A stretch of DNA of 64,000 nt, taken from assembly GCA_002633005.1 (NCBI GenBank), contig NMRA01000395.1, positions 316,757 through 380,756 of the forward strand, read 5' to 3'. This document shows, in pieces, positions 45,001 through 60,000 of the stretch. The notes beneath the pieces are model-generated. The model searched no databases. It saw nothing but the letters and a program-made list of their open reading frames with translations, and was not told where the DNA came from. The stretch's first letter is position 1, and each line of letters starts with the position of its first letter. The DNA comes from Phoronis australis. Lineage: Eukaryota > Animalia > Phoronida. Position numbers and translations under genes: made by a program.

Positions 45001-48000
45001 GCATGACACTTTATAACTTACACTGGCGTATGCATGTGTCATGTATAAGATGTTTTGAAGACAAAGACCAGTTTTTTTCTACAAACGCAGAAGCGTAAGC
45101 AATGACAAGAAAGTTAACGTGAAGAGGTCAGAAGCAATTATGGTAATCAGTCAGGTCCGCAGCAATTACAATCTATCAGAAATAGTTTTTTTGCCAAATT
45201 AGAAGTAAGAAGTGGAAAACGATGTTTCGGTATTAATCAAATATCATCATCGGGTACAATGGCAGACAGAAAGCAAAATTATATTGTGTAAGAATATTCA
45301 AATCACATCACAATGCATGGCACAAGATTTGTCAACTAAATCTTTACCACAACTCCAGCCTGTAATTGCTCTAACGTTCAGCATAGGGAGCCTCTACTTG
45401 AATAGGTTTACAGATTAAAAGTTTGAAATAGTTGTCAGTTCTTGCCAAGCCTGGTCCGAAGCAATAACAATCTGTTAGTCTACCCATGCCTGGTCCGAAG
45501 CAATAACAATCTGTCAATCTACCCATGCCTGGTCAGATGGCTTAATGCCATTTTAAAGTTGATCAGGTATGAGTAACACAACCTGGAAGAGGTGAGGGTA
45601 TGTTGACACATACCTGTAAAGTTGCACCAGTTAAATTAACCTACATGTACGTGACATCAGACAAGTAACACACATGCAGGCTAAAGTAGCACATACAGCA
45701 ACATACCTGGAATGTTAGACAGAACACATCTTCTACATCATCCTCATCATAGTTCAGCAATTCTTCCAAGCTCCGCCCAACAGTGGGTTGGGCCTCCATA
45801 AGGTCACTGAGGTCGAGAGTCATGCCCTGTAGCTTCTTGTATATTACAGTAGGAAACCGCACGTCAAGAATGACACCATTATATATAGCCAGACCTGAGA
45901 GAGACATAATACAGGAGCATAAAGGGACAGTATTGGCATAAAATATTATGTTCAAGAAAACAAATTGGCTATCAAAAAATTTGATAATCTGTACATTAAA
46001 TCATGAATTTGTAACAATCTTTCAATAGATAAACTTAACAAATAGTTAACCAACGTTGCTCTGTCAATGTCTGTAATACAACATAATGTTTACCCAGTAT
46101 TATACCAACAAGTTCAAATTCTTCCAAATCCGGGGTTGAACCTGCAAAGAAAGGCACATATCAAATGAACTTGTCAACAGGCTCCAACCAAGTACAGTGA
46201 ACATGAGACATTCTCACCAGTACTTACAGCATTGTAACATGCATCGTACACTGAACAAGTACAACAGCGTGCATCGTACACTGAGCAAGTACAATAACGT
46301 GCATCGTATGCTGAACAAGTACAATAACGTGCATCGTATGCTGAACAAGTACAATAACGTGCATCGTACACTGAACAAGTACAATAACATGGTCATCACA
46401 ATTAAAATTGATGGGTGATAAAGACGATGAGGCTTAAAATTTAAGTAAATCAAAATTAATATAAATGTGGTAAGCAGAGATGAGTTGTGTACATAGTGAC
46501 ATCGCTGATATGCACCTACTGTGTACATAGTGACATCGCTGATATGCGCCTACTGTGTGCATAGTGACAGCGCTGATATGCGCCTACTGTGTGCATAGTG
46601 ACATCGCTGATATGCGCCTACTGTGTGCATAGTGACAGCGCTGATATGCGCCTACTGTGTACATAGTGTGCACCCACTGTGTACATAGTGACATCGCTGA
46701 TATGCGCCTACTGTGTCTATTAGCGACACTGTTGACATGCACAGTAAGTGTTGATATGCACCCATTGTGTAAACAGTGAGAGTGTAGATATGTACTTACT
46801 GTGCGCATTACTAGCGACACTGTTGATATGCACCCACTGTGTGCATAGTGACAGTGTTGATATGCACCCATTGTGAGCGTAGTAATTCTTTCAAAACTGT
46901 CCAAAAAGGTCATTGTGCTGTCCTCTTTTGGATAAAATCATATCTACCAAATTTATAAATATCCTTTGCATAGAATGGGTGTATTGTATGTTGAAGTGTA
47001 CACTTCATCAGTAGTTCCCCTCAGAACCTGTACTCAAAGGTTCACTAACCATTTATCCACAACATTCTGGTCTCCTCAGAGTAAGTGAACATGCCATAAG
47101 ATGGGTCCAACACTATTTCACAGATCAACTGGAAGAACTCTTTCTGAAGACCTCCCATGTCCAAGCCCTGCAACACAGCGACAGACCAAGACATGGGAAC
47201 ATGTTTACAGAATCACTCCAATCACTTCGAGGCTATAAACTGACAAATGTAAAAATGGTGTTATTATACTGAAAAACTTTCAAGGCATGCACTATGTCAC
47301 AACCAGAAGTCAAACAGTAGAGATGAACACATCCACAATAAATCGCATCATTTAGTGTGTGCAGGGTGACTGTGTCTGTGTCAATTTCCAAATCTTTACG
47401 AAACACTTCAATATTTAACATTTTACATATGCCATAGACAAAAAGTGCTCAGGGTTCTACTGTGAAGACATGCTGTTCATATAATAAATAAATGCAGTCA
47501 GCTGAAACTGTACTAGCTACAATACAACTTTTAGACAACCAAATTAATTATATCATAATGTTAGTACTCTACAGCACTATAAAGAATCTCTTACTAAGCA
47601 AATTTCTGTTTTATAACTACTTATTGTACACTGCAATAGATTTGAAAATAGCAACCAAAATGCAAATGAAAGCACCGTGAGGTGCAGCACCGTGAGGTGC
47701 AGCACCGTGAGGTGGCACCACCTACACTGAAGGCGGATATGACAAAAACTGCTGCCGACAACACTAGAAGTGCTTCGACAACATCGGAAAGCCAATAACA
47801 ATGCCAAACCAAATCGCAGCAATGATGGACCAGCACTGTCATGCAAACACCTGCTCTCCATTGCCAGTGAACGCCTGAATACAGACTGGGGAAAAGTATA
47901 TACACCACCACCCACAGTTACTGCCTGCACACAGACCGGGGACAAGTATATACACACCTGCCCACCACCGCCCACAGTGAATGTCTGCATACAGACAGGG

Positions 48001-51000
48001 GACAAGTATATACACACCTGCCCACCACAGCCCACAGTGAATGTCTGCATATGGACAGGGGACAAGTAAACACACAACTGCCCACCATTGCCAGCAGTGA
48101 ATGTCTGCATATGGACAGGGGACAAGTATATACACACCTGCCCACCATCGCCCACACTGAATGTCTGCATACGATCAGGGGACAAGTATATACACACCTA
48201 AACACCACCGCCCCTCATGAATGCCTGCATACAGACAGAGGACAAGTATTTACACACCTGCTCACCACCACCAACATATTTAATCTTGAGTGGTTTCTTC
48301 AGATCCGCCTCCTTGAGCCTGATCTCTGCCAGAGTGTCGCACAGCAGGTGGGAGCGACGGATCTCCAAGACGAGGAACGGGCACATGGCAGACCTAATAC
48401 TGCTGGTCAGATTCAACGATCTAAAATGGAACATCAAATCATGGAGAGCAAGAATACACACATTACAGAACTGATACTGGTACTTTCATTCAATGAACTG
48501 AAATGGACAACAAATCATGTGGAATAAGAATGAACAGATCAAAAACCCGATACTGGTGGTCTAATTAAACAATATGAAATGGCATCACATGACCTGCTAC
48601 ACATGATTTGCTACATATGATCTGCACCACATGACCTGCNACAGCCATGAGCGCAAAAAACCAAAACTGCAACTAGGAGGCGCCATAGTAGTCAAACTCG
48701 TTGGAAAATCGTCGTCAGCCGTCCACTTCATATTAAAATCATACATGCAAATTTCCAAAATCATCCTGAAAGCCGTTTGGTTGATAGACGAGTGGACGCC
48801 AACAAACAGACTCGAAATCAATAATAATGGCCATTAGGTGGCGCAAACTAGGTCAAACCCATTTGCAAACGAAGAGATAGCATCAACTTATTAACCATGT
48901 ATGCCAAATTTTATGAAAATACATTGAAGATCTTGGAACATACAGAGGTAAACGTAAAAAAATAAAATTGCCACTAGGTGGCACACCAGTAGTCAGATCC
49001 GTCTGAAAGTCGTCCTCCGTTGTTAACATCACATCAATACACTGACTAAATTTAGTAAAGATCCTGCTAATGGTTTAGGGGATACATCCATAGGCGCAAA
49101 AACAAAACAAAACTGCCACTAGGAGGCGCCACAGTAGTCGAAGTCGTCAGAAAATCATCGTCAGCTATTCACTTTATAGTAAAAACATACATGCCAATTT
49201 TCACACTCATCCTTTGAGCGGTTTGGTTGGTAGAGGGGTGGATGCAAAACAACAGAATCGAAAACAGTAAAAATAACCACTATGGGGAGCAAATTACGTA
49301 AAATCCATCCGCAAACGGGAGGATAGCGTCATCTCCCTAGTAGGTGCCTATATACCAAATTTTATGAAAATCCATTCAGGACTTTTGAAGATACAGAGGT
49401 AAACGTAAAAAACTAAAATTGCCACTAGGGGACACACCGGTAGTCGGGTCCGTCCGAAAGTTCGCTCATGCCGTCCCATCCACAGAAGGAACACATGAGC
49501 AAAATTTCACGAACATACATTAAGGCGTTTTGGAGATAAAGCAGCGGACGCCGGACGGACGGAGATGACGGCATAATGCATCCACATTTAAATAAGTGGG
49601 CGCATAAAAATGGCCACTAGGTGGCGCAAAATAACTCGAATCCATCCGAAAACGGAAGGATATCGTCATCTCACCAATAGATGCATATATTCCAAATTTG
49701 ATGAAAATACGTACAGGCCCTTTGAAGATACACATGTTAACATAAAAAACTAAAATTGTCACTAGGGGGTGCACCAATAGTTCGATCTGTGCGAAAGTGG
49801 TCATCGTACGTTGCCAACATCATATAAATACACTAGCTTAACTTAGTAATGATCCTGCAAACGGTTTAGGAGATACAGCCATGGGCACAAAAAAACAAAA
49901 CTGCCAATAGGAGGCGCCACAGTAGTCAAAGTCGGAAAATCATCATCAGCTATCCTCTTCACAGTAAGAACATACATGCCAGTTTTCACAATCATTCCTA
50001 TAGTGGTTTGGTTGATATCATGACGATGCCAAAAATAAACTCAAAAACAGTAAAAATTAGGTGGCGCAAATTGCATCGAATCCATCGGAAAACGAGAGGA
50101 TAGCATCATCTCACTAATAGATGCCTATATTCCAAATTTCATGAAAATACATTGAGGACTTCCGAAGGTATAGCGTAAAAAATCAAAATTGCCACTAGGG
50201 GTAGTCAGAGAGGTCCGAAGTTCGTCGTCATCTGTCGTCAGCTTCATAGAAACACATCTGCCAAATCTCACCAAGATCCTGCGAGGCTCAGAAGATACAG
50301 CTGCGGACGCCAGACTACGGACGCCCAGACAGAGATGACAGCAATATGCGGCCACATATAAATATGTGGGCGCATAATAAATGATTAAGTACCGCAATGT
50401 GATTTTGCGAGTCAATTTTATAAGATTACAAAATCAAGTCACTTTTGTTTCATACCTGTTTGTTTCTCTGCAAAACTTACGAACTTGGTTTATTCTCTGA
50501 AATACAAGATATCCAGACTGAATCACAAGTTCTAACTAATTTTTTAGAAGTTCACTGAACTTGCATCCATCAGTTTACAGGTCCAATGTTGATACACAAG
50601 TAAAATACAATTATTTTTGTGAAACATCTTTGTTTCTTTCCATTTCAAAGTTACCCATTAATCACACACATCTTGTGCCTTCCATTTCACATACCACCGG
50701 CCTGTCCAATGCCCCAAACCATTTTCGCAACCAATCAGTGGTGACCAGTATATTGACATATTTCTCATTAGTAAGCATTATACGTCCAAACAGTCCAGAA
50801 CATTTCAACTTCACATAACCATTTTAATGTCCATTGGGGACACTTTCTTTGTCAAACCAAATCACAGATTTTAAATTTGCAGACCAACTATTTATCTCCT
50901 TCTCTATCCTCCACACATTAACAATGTCCATTTTCATCAATCACTTTCTACACGTGAGACTAGAGTCGATTCTGGTATGAATGGGGTGTGTGTGGTCTTT

Positions 51001-54000
51001 ATTAAAATACGCTTGTGTATTTACATCCCCGCTGCAGGGGTAATATTTATAACATACAGCACATTGTTCTTCTGTAAGCTATGGTTATTAATAGAATAAA
51101 CGCTACTCTCTACTGCCCAACGTAATAAATGGCACACTTATGTTGACCAAAACTACAAGTAGCCTGCTACTCTATACTGCTCAACATCGCCGTCATTCAA
51201 ACTAATGACGTCATTGATAACACAATATTTTTACAGCAAACAGGTAAACAAGATCAATTGCACACAGCTGAGTTTGAGTTCTACACTGCAACAGATGTGT
51301 ATGTAAAGGAGACTGACTGCTTGATGGAGAATGGCCTCTTGATATTCCTTTCTCATGTGAACCACAGCATCCAGGTGTAAGATGTGAACTTTGCACTGCA
51401 AAAAGAGAGGCCAATGAAATGGATGGAGGTCACATTTACATAATGACTAACGTACCAAAGTGTATGACATATCTCTTTCAACCAATAACATAGCTTGGTT
51501 CCCAACACAGCCAGGATTCCCCCACAGATGTGATCCACAGCACAGTTTGTGCGGGATCCTCTTCAGTGCCCTATACCACTTCCTTGGCAATAGAAACCTC
51601 AGGCCCCCTCTATTGTCACGAACGCGAGATAGGGCACTGAAGAGGATCCCGCGCAAACTGTGCTGTGGATCACATGACGAGTCACGTGACACCTCAGTGG
51701 CCTGATGAAGCCTCCAGAGGAGGACGTAACTTAGCCATCTCTATATAACCATAAGTCCAGTAATTGATTTATTAATTTTTTCTACCTTGATTACTCAACT
51801 GGACGACTGAAAACATTCATCGCATTATGATTCAATAAGATTGGATAAGAGCAGCTTGCCTGATATTTGATTGCAGTTTGCCAGCATCAAAATATTTTCT
51901 TGCTCACATTTAAACAATTTTATAAATTACGATACAGAGCAATGCAGAGCATTGAATGATATGTACCCACCGGGCACATCACAAATAGTGCAGATAGGAG
52001 GGATAATTATTTACTTGGCGAAATAAATTTCGCCAAGTATGTTGCTCTGACACTAAGTTTTTTTTTTTTGTTTGTTCGCACGATACAGGTCGCAATTTTC
52101 GTCCGATCATCACAAAATTTACACATAACACGTACTTCCGGAAGTACTGGAAGCCTATTGTTTTTCGTCAAAATCGGATCCAAGATGGCGGCTGTGGCGG
52201 CCATTTTGTTTNNNNNNNNNNNNNNNNNNNNNNNNNNNNNNNNNNNNNNNNNNNNNNNNNNNNNNNNNNNNNNNNNNNNNNNNNNNNNNNNNNNNNNNNN
52301 NNNNNNNNNNNNNNNNNNNNNNNNNNNNNNNNNNNNNNNNNNNNNNNNNNNNNNNNNNNNNNNNNNNNNNNNNNNNNNNNNNNNNNNNNNNNNNNNNNNN
52401 NNNNNNNNNNNNNNNNNNNNNNNNNNNNNNNNNNNNNNNNNNNNNNNNNNNNNNNNNNNNNNNNNNNNNNNNNNNNNNNNNNNNNNNNNNNNNNNNNNNN
52501 NNNNNNNNNNNNNNNNNNNNNNNNNNNNNNNNNNNNNNNNNNNNNNNNNNNNNNNNNNNNNNNNNNNNNNNNNNNNNNNNNNNNNNNNNNNNNNNNNNNN
52601 NNNNNNNNNNNNNNNNNNNNNNNNNNNNNNNNNNNNNNNNNNNNNNNNNNNNNNNNNNNNNNNNNNNNNNNNNNNNNNNNNNNNNNNNNNNNNNNNNNNN
52701 NNNNNNNNNNNNNNNNNNNNNNNNNNNNNNNNNNNNNNNNNNNNNNNNNNNNNNNNNNNNNNNNNNNNNNNNNNNNNNNNNNNNNNNNNNNNNNNNNNNN
52801 NNNNNNNNNNNNNNNNNNNNNNNNNNNNNNNNNNNNNNNNNNNNNNNNNNNNNNNNNNNNNNNNNNNNNNNNNNNNNNNNNNNNNNNNNNNNNNNNNNNN
52901 NNNNNNNNNNNNNNNNNNNNNNNNNNNNNNNNNNNNNNNNNNNNNNNNNNNNNNNNNNNNNNNNNNNNNNNNNNNNNNNNNNNNNNNNNNNNNNNNNNNN
53001 NNNNNNNNNNNNNNNNNNNNNNNNNNNNNNNNNNNNNNNNNNNNNNNNNNNNNNNNNNNNNNNNNNNNNNNNNNNNNNNNNNNNNNNNNNNNNNNNNNNN
53101 NNNNNNNNNNNNNNNNNNNNNNNNNNNNNNNNNNNNNNNNNNNNNNNNNNACTTTCAAACTGGTCACGTGTTTGTTGAGTTTAATAAGCTTTTATAAAAA
53201 ATTATTGGACCGGAAGTCACTTTCAAGATGGCGGCTGTGGCGCATGTTCACACGGTTTCAATCGCTCTGGTGTCGCATTTTTAACGGGACAAGTAAATGA
53301 CGTGAATTTTTGCATGTGGATTCCTTGAAGTATGGCCTTTCAAAAAGTCTGCGAAAGCGTATTTCTCAGACTTACCGTTTTCGAGTTATTTGACTTTGAA
53401 TTTCAAAAAAACGGCAAATTTTCAATTTTCTCGAAAAATTTTTGAATTTTTGCCAAACTATCACTTTAGATAGAATTTTGAACGGGCTTTCAGAAGATAT
53501 TTTCCATTTTGCGCTACGACGTCTACTTTTTGAATTATTCAAGATTTTTGGATACCGTTGTTCCTTCGGTCCTCTATGCAAGCACGCAGCTGGCTGGCTT
53601 TCAGTTCGCTTTGTTTTGGTTATGCCTAGTTGACCTAGACTGACCCAGCCAGCACTGTCCTCCTGCAGACTGGACCGTCATGTTGCGCCATCTATTGCTC
53701 TTTAATGTAGTTGACTGTATGCTCTCTATTTGATTTCTTCGCTAGTCACATGAATGTTATCGTGTTTGCCAAACTACCACTTTAGATACAGTTTTGAACG
53801 GGCTTTCATTCTTTATTGTAGTTGATTGTATGCTCTCAGTTTGATTTCTTCGCTAGTCACATGAATGATATCGTGTTCTTCGTCTTTTCGATTAATTCCG
53901 CCAAGTGTCGCTCCTCCGAGCGCTCTCGTTTTAAAATTTCCCCAAAAGAGAGCAATGTTAGTGAACTGTCAATTGCCTCTAGAAGATGTGTAAAGTCAGC

Positions 54001-57000
54001 AATGCTCTCCTCAATAGGAACACACGTACCAACTTTCATTATGATTCTTTATGCAGTTTGGAGGATAGGGAGATGGTCAACAGAGAACTTAAAATAACAA
54101 TAGAAAGGCCACCAGGGCGCACAACAAAGGCCAAATCCGTCTGAAAAGGGGCTTGTACTGCTGTGTACCTGATAGTAATTTATTTCCCAAAAATTTACAG
54201 ACATCTACCGAAGAACTTTATAGATAGCAAAACAAAACGAAAAGAAAAACACACTTGCCACAAAAAGACTAAGTCATTACACTTCACCCAAAATACACAC
54301 GTCATCAGTTGTTCTCTTCTCATTAAAAATGCCTACAAATTTCATTTGGTTGATATCGAGTCAGAGGCAAAAGCAAAACCAAAATTGCCACTAGAGGCTG
54401 CCACAGCAGTTGCACTTGTAAGAAAAATCGTCAGCCATGAACGTCTCAGAGGAAACACAAACGTCAATTTTCATAATGATCGTTAGAGTGGTTTGTCCGA
54501 TACAGAGGCAGAAGATAAAGACAGACTGTAAAACACGTCAAATTCTAAAAACTGTAATGTGTTATTGCCTTTTTAATACAAATTAACCTGTTTGCCAAAT
54601 TTCCTGAAAATCTGTCACATCATTCCTTAGATGCAGGGGAAAAATGCAAAAATTAAGGTCACAATGGAAGTCAGATATGTCCCAAAGTCATTAGTCATTT
54701 GTGGTCGCACTCATAGAAATACACTTGCCAAGGATCCTGTAGGGGTTTAGGAGAAACAGCTTCACATGCAATAAGCAAAACTGCCACTAAAGGGTGCACC
54801 AGTACCTAAAGCCATCCAAAAATCATTGTCAGCCATGCTATTCTTAGTTGGAGCACACATACCAATTTTCATAACCATCCTTATAGTGGCTTGGCTGATA
54901 GAGACCGACACCAAAAAAAATCGAAAATAAAGTATCAGTCACTAGGTGTCTTCACTTGTACAGTTGAGAGCATCCAGGGTTCATAATGGTTGTGTCCAAA
55001 TATGACAATGACGATCCAGGGAACTCACAAAAGGGATAGAATCTCAAGTGTACTTACAGATGGGTCCAGCAAGAATGGATAATCAAGTAAGCTCCTATGA
55101 GATGAGTCGCCTGCTGCCCCCTGGTGTTTGGCTATCCAGCTCTCGTATTCACCACGGAAGTCTAGTATTCTGACAAGAACAGGGAGATGGACATCTTCAA
55201 CAGTAATATCATCAAGCAGAATAATTCCGTAAACATTCCAGTAAACGCCACAGGCACTTTTAAGTGGTGAGACTGGAAATGAAGGTCGGGTGGGCACTTA
55301 AGCTAGAAATTCAAGAACTTAAGAGTGGACGCTTAACCAAACATGGGCACTTTATTTGAGCCAGACAGTTCCCCTGTGAAGTCCACAAACCCTAAGTTCA
55401 AAGACTATTCCCCAAGACTAGTTGCCAATGCAAAGTGTTGAATTAGAGCTCTCTGACATTCGTAGTCTAGTAGCCAAGTATGCATTTTCAGAAAGAACAG
55501 TATAAGTATAAATATTAAAAAATTACTGGCCAAATTCTTTTGATGTGCAAGAACAATACAGTGCAAAGGTCAAAGAAAAATGTTACAACTTAATATCTTT
55601 TATACACATTCAGTTATAAGACAAGTTCAGCATGACTCACAACTGATTCACTACTGGGTAATAAATGTACAGTAAAACGGTTTAGAATACTGACTGAACA
55701 CAAATGAGTACCTGGAAAGTTCAGGAATGTAGAATGTCTTCACAGGAATGATGGGTTCACCCCTGGCTTGAGCTGCCAGTTGATTGGCTTGGAAGAACAC
55801 TGCAAGAGTGTCAGCCACTGCCACTAAGTCCCCATCCAGCCTGTCAATTAATGAGTGCTATAGTTGTTCAGATATGAGACGGCAGCTACATTTCATACGA
55901 TCTCAATTAATGAGTGGTATAGTTGTTCAGATATGACAGGGCAGCTACATTTCATAGGATCTTAACAGACATATAATTTTCTCTAAAAATTTTTGATGAC
56001 TGTTGGCTGGCTGCTATCAGTAGTGATTACCACTAGGTGGAACTCTCGAAAATAGTACAATGTAAATAGGGGTTAGGTGAAAAGATGATTCTCGTTTTAC
56101 TATTGGATGATTATGACCTGCACATAACACCCTATTCTATTAGACGACTATGGTATGTACATAGCACCCTATTCTGTTGGATGACTATGATATGTACATA
56201 ACATCCTATTCTATTGGATGACAATGATATGTACAACATCCTATTCTATTGGATGACCATGATATGTACAACATCCTATTCTGTTGGATGACAATGATAT
56301 GTACATAACATCCTATTCTATTAGATGACCATGATATGTACAACATCCTATTCTGTTGGATGACTATGATATGTACAACATCCTATTCTGTTGGATGACC
56401 ATGATATGTACATAACATCCTATTCTATTAGATGACCATGATATGTACAACATCCTATTCTGTTGGATGACTATGATATGTACANNNNNNNNNNNNNNNN
56501 NNNNNNNNNNNNNNNNNNNNNNNNNNNNNNNNNNNNNNNNNNNNNNNNNNNNNNNNNNNNTCAATAAACCTGTCACAGACTATCCTAACCACATTTCCAC
56601 AAGTTCCAACACCAACGGGTGATTCAATAAACCTGTCACAGACTATCCTAACCACATTTCCACAAGTTCCAACACCAACGGGTGATTCAATAAACCTGTC
56701 ACAAACTATCCTAACCACATTTCCAGGCAGGAGCAGCCTTATGACCTGGCATCACTAAACTCTATCCATTAAAACTTCTACAACCTGATGTTAAACAGGA
56801 TCCATGTAACCTTAACAAACTATTTCATTAAAGTGATGTTATCATTTTTTGGCAGAAAAACTCAGAATTACTGTAACAGTTGTAGAGTGAGATGGGCTGC
56901 TTGAAATGATTTTTAGGAGTCTATAAACTATAAAATCCCCTGTGCTTTGATTTTATTGCAAATGCTCAATTATTACTTTTGTCTGCCAGACATTCACTGA

Positions 57001-60000
57001 AACCAAGTCCGGTGATTTTACCCATTAAATACCTTATATCACTAACATTTATCAAGTGAGATCTCAGCCCGCAGAGCATTTGGGTGCAGCCACGTATGTA
57101 CCACGTATGCACTTGTCTTGATGACGTCACTTTAAAATGAAAAACTCTCTTCTTTCCATCCAGTGGTTTCACAAAATCAAAAATTCAACTTGCATTATCC
57201 ATTGCATTGACAATCAAGTCATTAACCAGACCCATCTTAATAGAGTCATTTACCTCTGGTTTGGTTTGACTGACAACACAAAGTGGTCCTTGTAGACACC
57301 CATGAGTTTACGTTCAAAGGTGTCGCTGTCACATCGAGATAACACCTGAGAAATGGCAAGTTTACTGGCAGCTGGCAAGCAGGCTATGATGGTGCACATT
57401 TTCTGACGCAGCTGGTGGTTACGCTTCTTACGAAACACTGGTGCCTCCATGATAATGATGACCTGCAAATGAACGTTTTTAGTCAATAGCTGAAATGCGT
57501 AGTTAAAGAAATAGTACTGGCTACAACTAATCAACTGAGTAACAAAAATGTCAAATATCAAACTTACGCAAATGTTTGTAACATGAAACACATTCTGGCC
57601 AGACTGCTAGTTGAAAACAAACGTGTGTAAATGTTTGCAAAGCAAAACACATTCTGGCCATTGTCTGTGAGTCAAGAGCAAGCTGTCTTGTGTAAATGTT
57701 TGCAAAGCAAAGCACATTCTGGCCATTATTTTTGAGTCGAGAGCAAAATTTTGTAAATGTTTGTAAATGGCTGTAAAGCGAAACATATTCTGACAATTGT
57801 CTGTGAGAGCAAACTTGAGTAACTGTTTGCAAAGCAAAGCACATTCTGGCCATCCATTGTCTGTGAGTTGAGAGCAAACTTTTGTAAATGGTTGCAAAGC
57901 GAAACACATTCTGACCACTGTCTTGACCATACAGATGCCTAAGGCAATCAAACATTAATTCTTCAACAAGTTTCAACCTGACCTGATTAACATGTTGAGG
58001 TTGTATGTTGTGCGGAACCATGGAGGACAGCATTATCTCTAAAGAGTTGTGAAGTGGTGATTGCAAGACATCCTAGAGAAGAAATAATGAGATGAACACA
58101 GCACAACACTTACATCTCATAATAGTCAGTAAACCAAGCCTTAAACAGAGTTGGAAGTCTGTACATTGAAAGCACAGAATTTAGAGTCATACATATCACA
58201 CTCAAACTGAACATCAAGTGTGGACTTGAACACCTCGAAATTACATGTGAACACCTTTATCTGTGGTTACGAAAATGGAGTGTACAGACAAAGATTTTTT
58301 GTGATGCATTGTTTCATAATCCGTCATGGCAAAGGATCAATCAATCCTAGCCTGATAGAAGTATTAAGCTGTCACTCACAAAGTAGGCAGACAGCAGCTT
58401 GTATGCCCTGCGGACACCCCTCACATCCAGATTGTTAACACTGGCCGGGAGATCTTCTTTCAGCTGAAATAATGATCAGTGGTAAGAAACAACAAATAAC
58501 AAGAGCAACGCAGCAAGTTGATATATGGCCACTGTGTGCATCACAACAAGTTTATAAATGTCCACTGTGTGTATCACAGCAAGTTGATATATGCCCACTG
58601 TGTGCATCACAGCAAGTTGATATATGGCCACTGTGTGCATCACAGCAAGTTGGTATATGCCCACTATGTGCATCACAGCAAGTTGATATACCATATTTGC
58701 CGTAATAACCGCCCAGGGCGCTTAGAAAAGTCGGTTCATGGGGGGCGCTTATTATAACCCAAGGCGGTTGAAACCCGGTCTCCGAAACGGGTGAAATCGG
58801 AAGCTAAGATTCATCAAATTTACGCTCTGTGACGTATCTGTAATCTATGAAAGACTTTTAACAAAACTGTGGTGCATTGCTATCAAACTTTGGTGCTAAA
58901 TTACGATCATTTTATAGAAAATTGTGCTGAAATCCCAGGGCAAAAACTCGCCGACTGACTGCCTCGAAATCGCCGTCTTCGATATGGTCACTTCAATGCT
59001 TGAATAAAAATAGTTTCGACTCAAGCAAATTACCTGAAATCCTCATTAAGTTTTCTAAGTAGCGTCCCTACGATTCTTTTTTAAGTTCCCGTGGAGTCTG
59101 GGTTAAAGGCAGGTTTAAGTACAAATCAGTGCAACTTCGTGCCATCTACATGTATGATCGGCAACAGGGTGAGAAAAATGTCTGGACTACCACACATGTT
59201 GTTGTCACGTGACCTTTGTTTTGAAGTTCTTCTGCGTTTGTGAGTAAGCGAGCGCGCGCGTCACTCCAGAGTTCATTTGCCAAAGCAGAGACCGTCTTTT
59301 GGCCAGAGCCACGCAATCTAACGAGCTAGATGTGCATTGCGTCTAAAGAAATTTGCACAAACAGTAAGCCTAAACCAGAGCGTGTTTCATTCAGCACTTG
59401 CCGGTCTCATGTGCTAAAAACATTCGACATTTGTCTCGGTAAGGCCCATATTAGTCGCCGTGTAGCTGGATGCGTAACGTAACTGACAGTTATTTTTCGG
59501 TGTAAGGGTGTGTAAGCATTCACTGTCAGTTGTCAGTTTATCGGATATTTCGCTTAAAAACACCAATTATGGTTAATCAAACAATCCATCTCAAAAATAA
59601 CGCAAACATCTTTTATAGTATTAGAAATTGTCGGAAATTAGTGCCAACATTCATTTCTTACCGAAGCTATGCTACCCGTTTCATGAATGGATAGTTCGTG
59701 ACTAATGTCTTTGATGACAGGTTCTTGTATGTAGCGCGCGCTTCCTGGCCACGTGCGTTTAACACTGAGTTATTTTTATTTATGAGACGGTTGATGTGTC
59801 TGTACTGAAAGGTCAGACCATAGTGGGACACAGTCGTCCCAAGAGTAGCAACGCTGTTGCGTTCTTTTTGAAGCGCTGCGTTACTTTGAAGTGTATAGTC
59901 ACGGCTAAATATAAACGTTGCAGTGCCACTGGTGGTCTAGAAGACCCGTGCAAAAATGCTTTGATAAAATGAAGACGTTACTATAGCCGAGTTTTAGGAC

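Noticed and set aside
52007-53300. 386-aa and 410-aa ORFs
   Set aside because: Poly-X translation of an assembly gap
53822-54097. Short ORFs near the gap
   Set aside because: No motifs or compatible splice sites; probably TE debris
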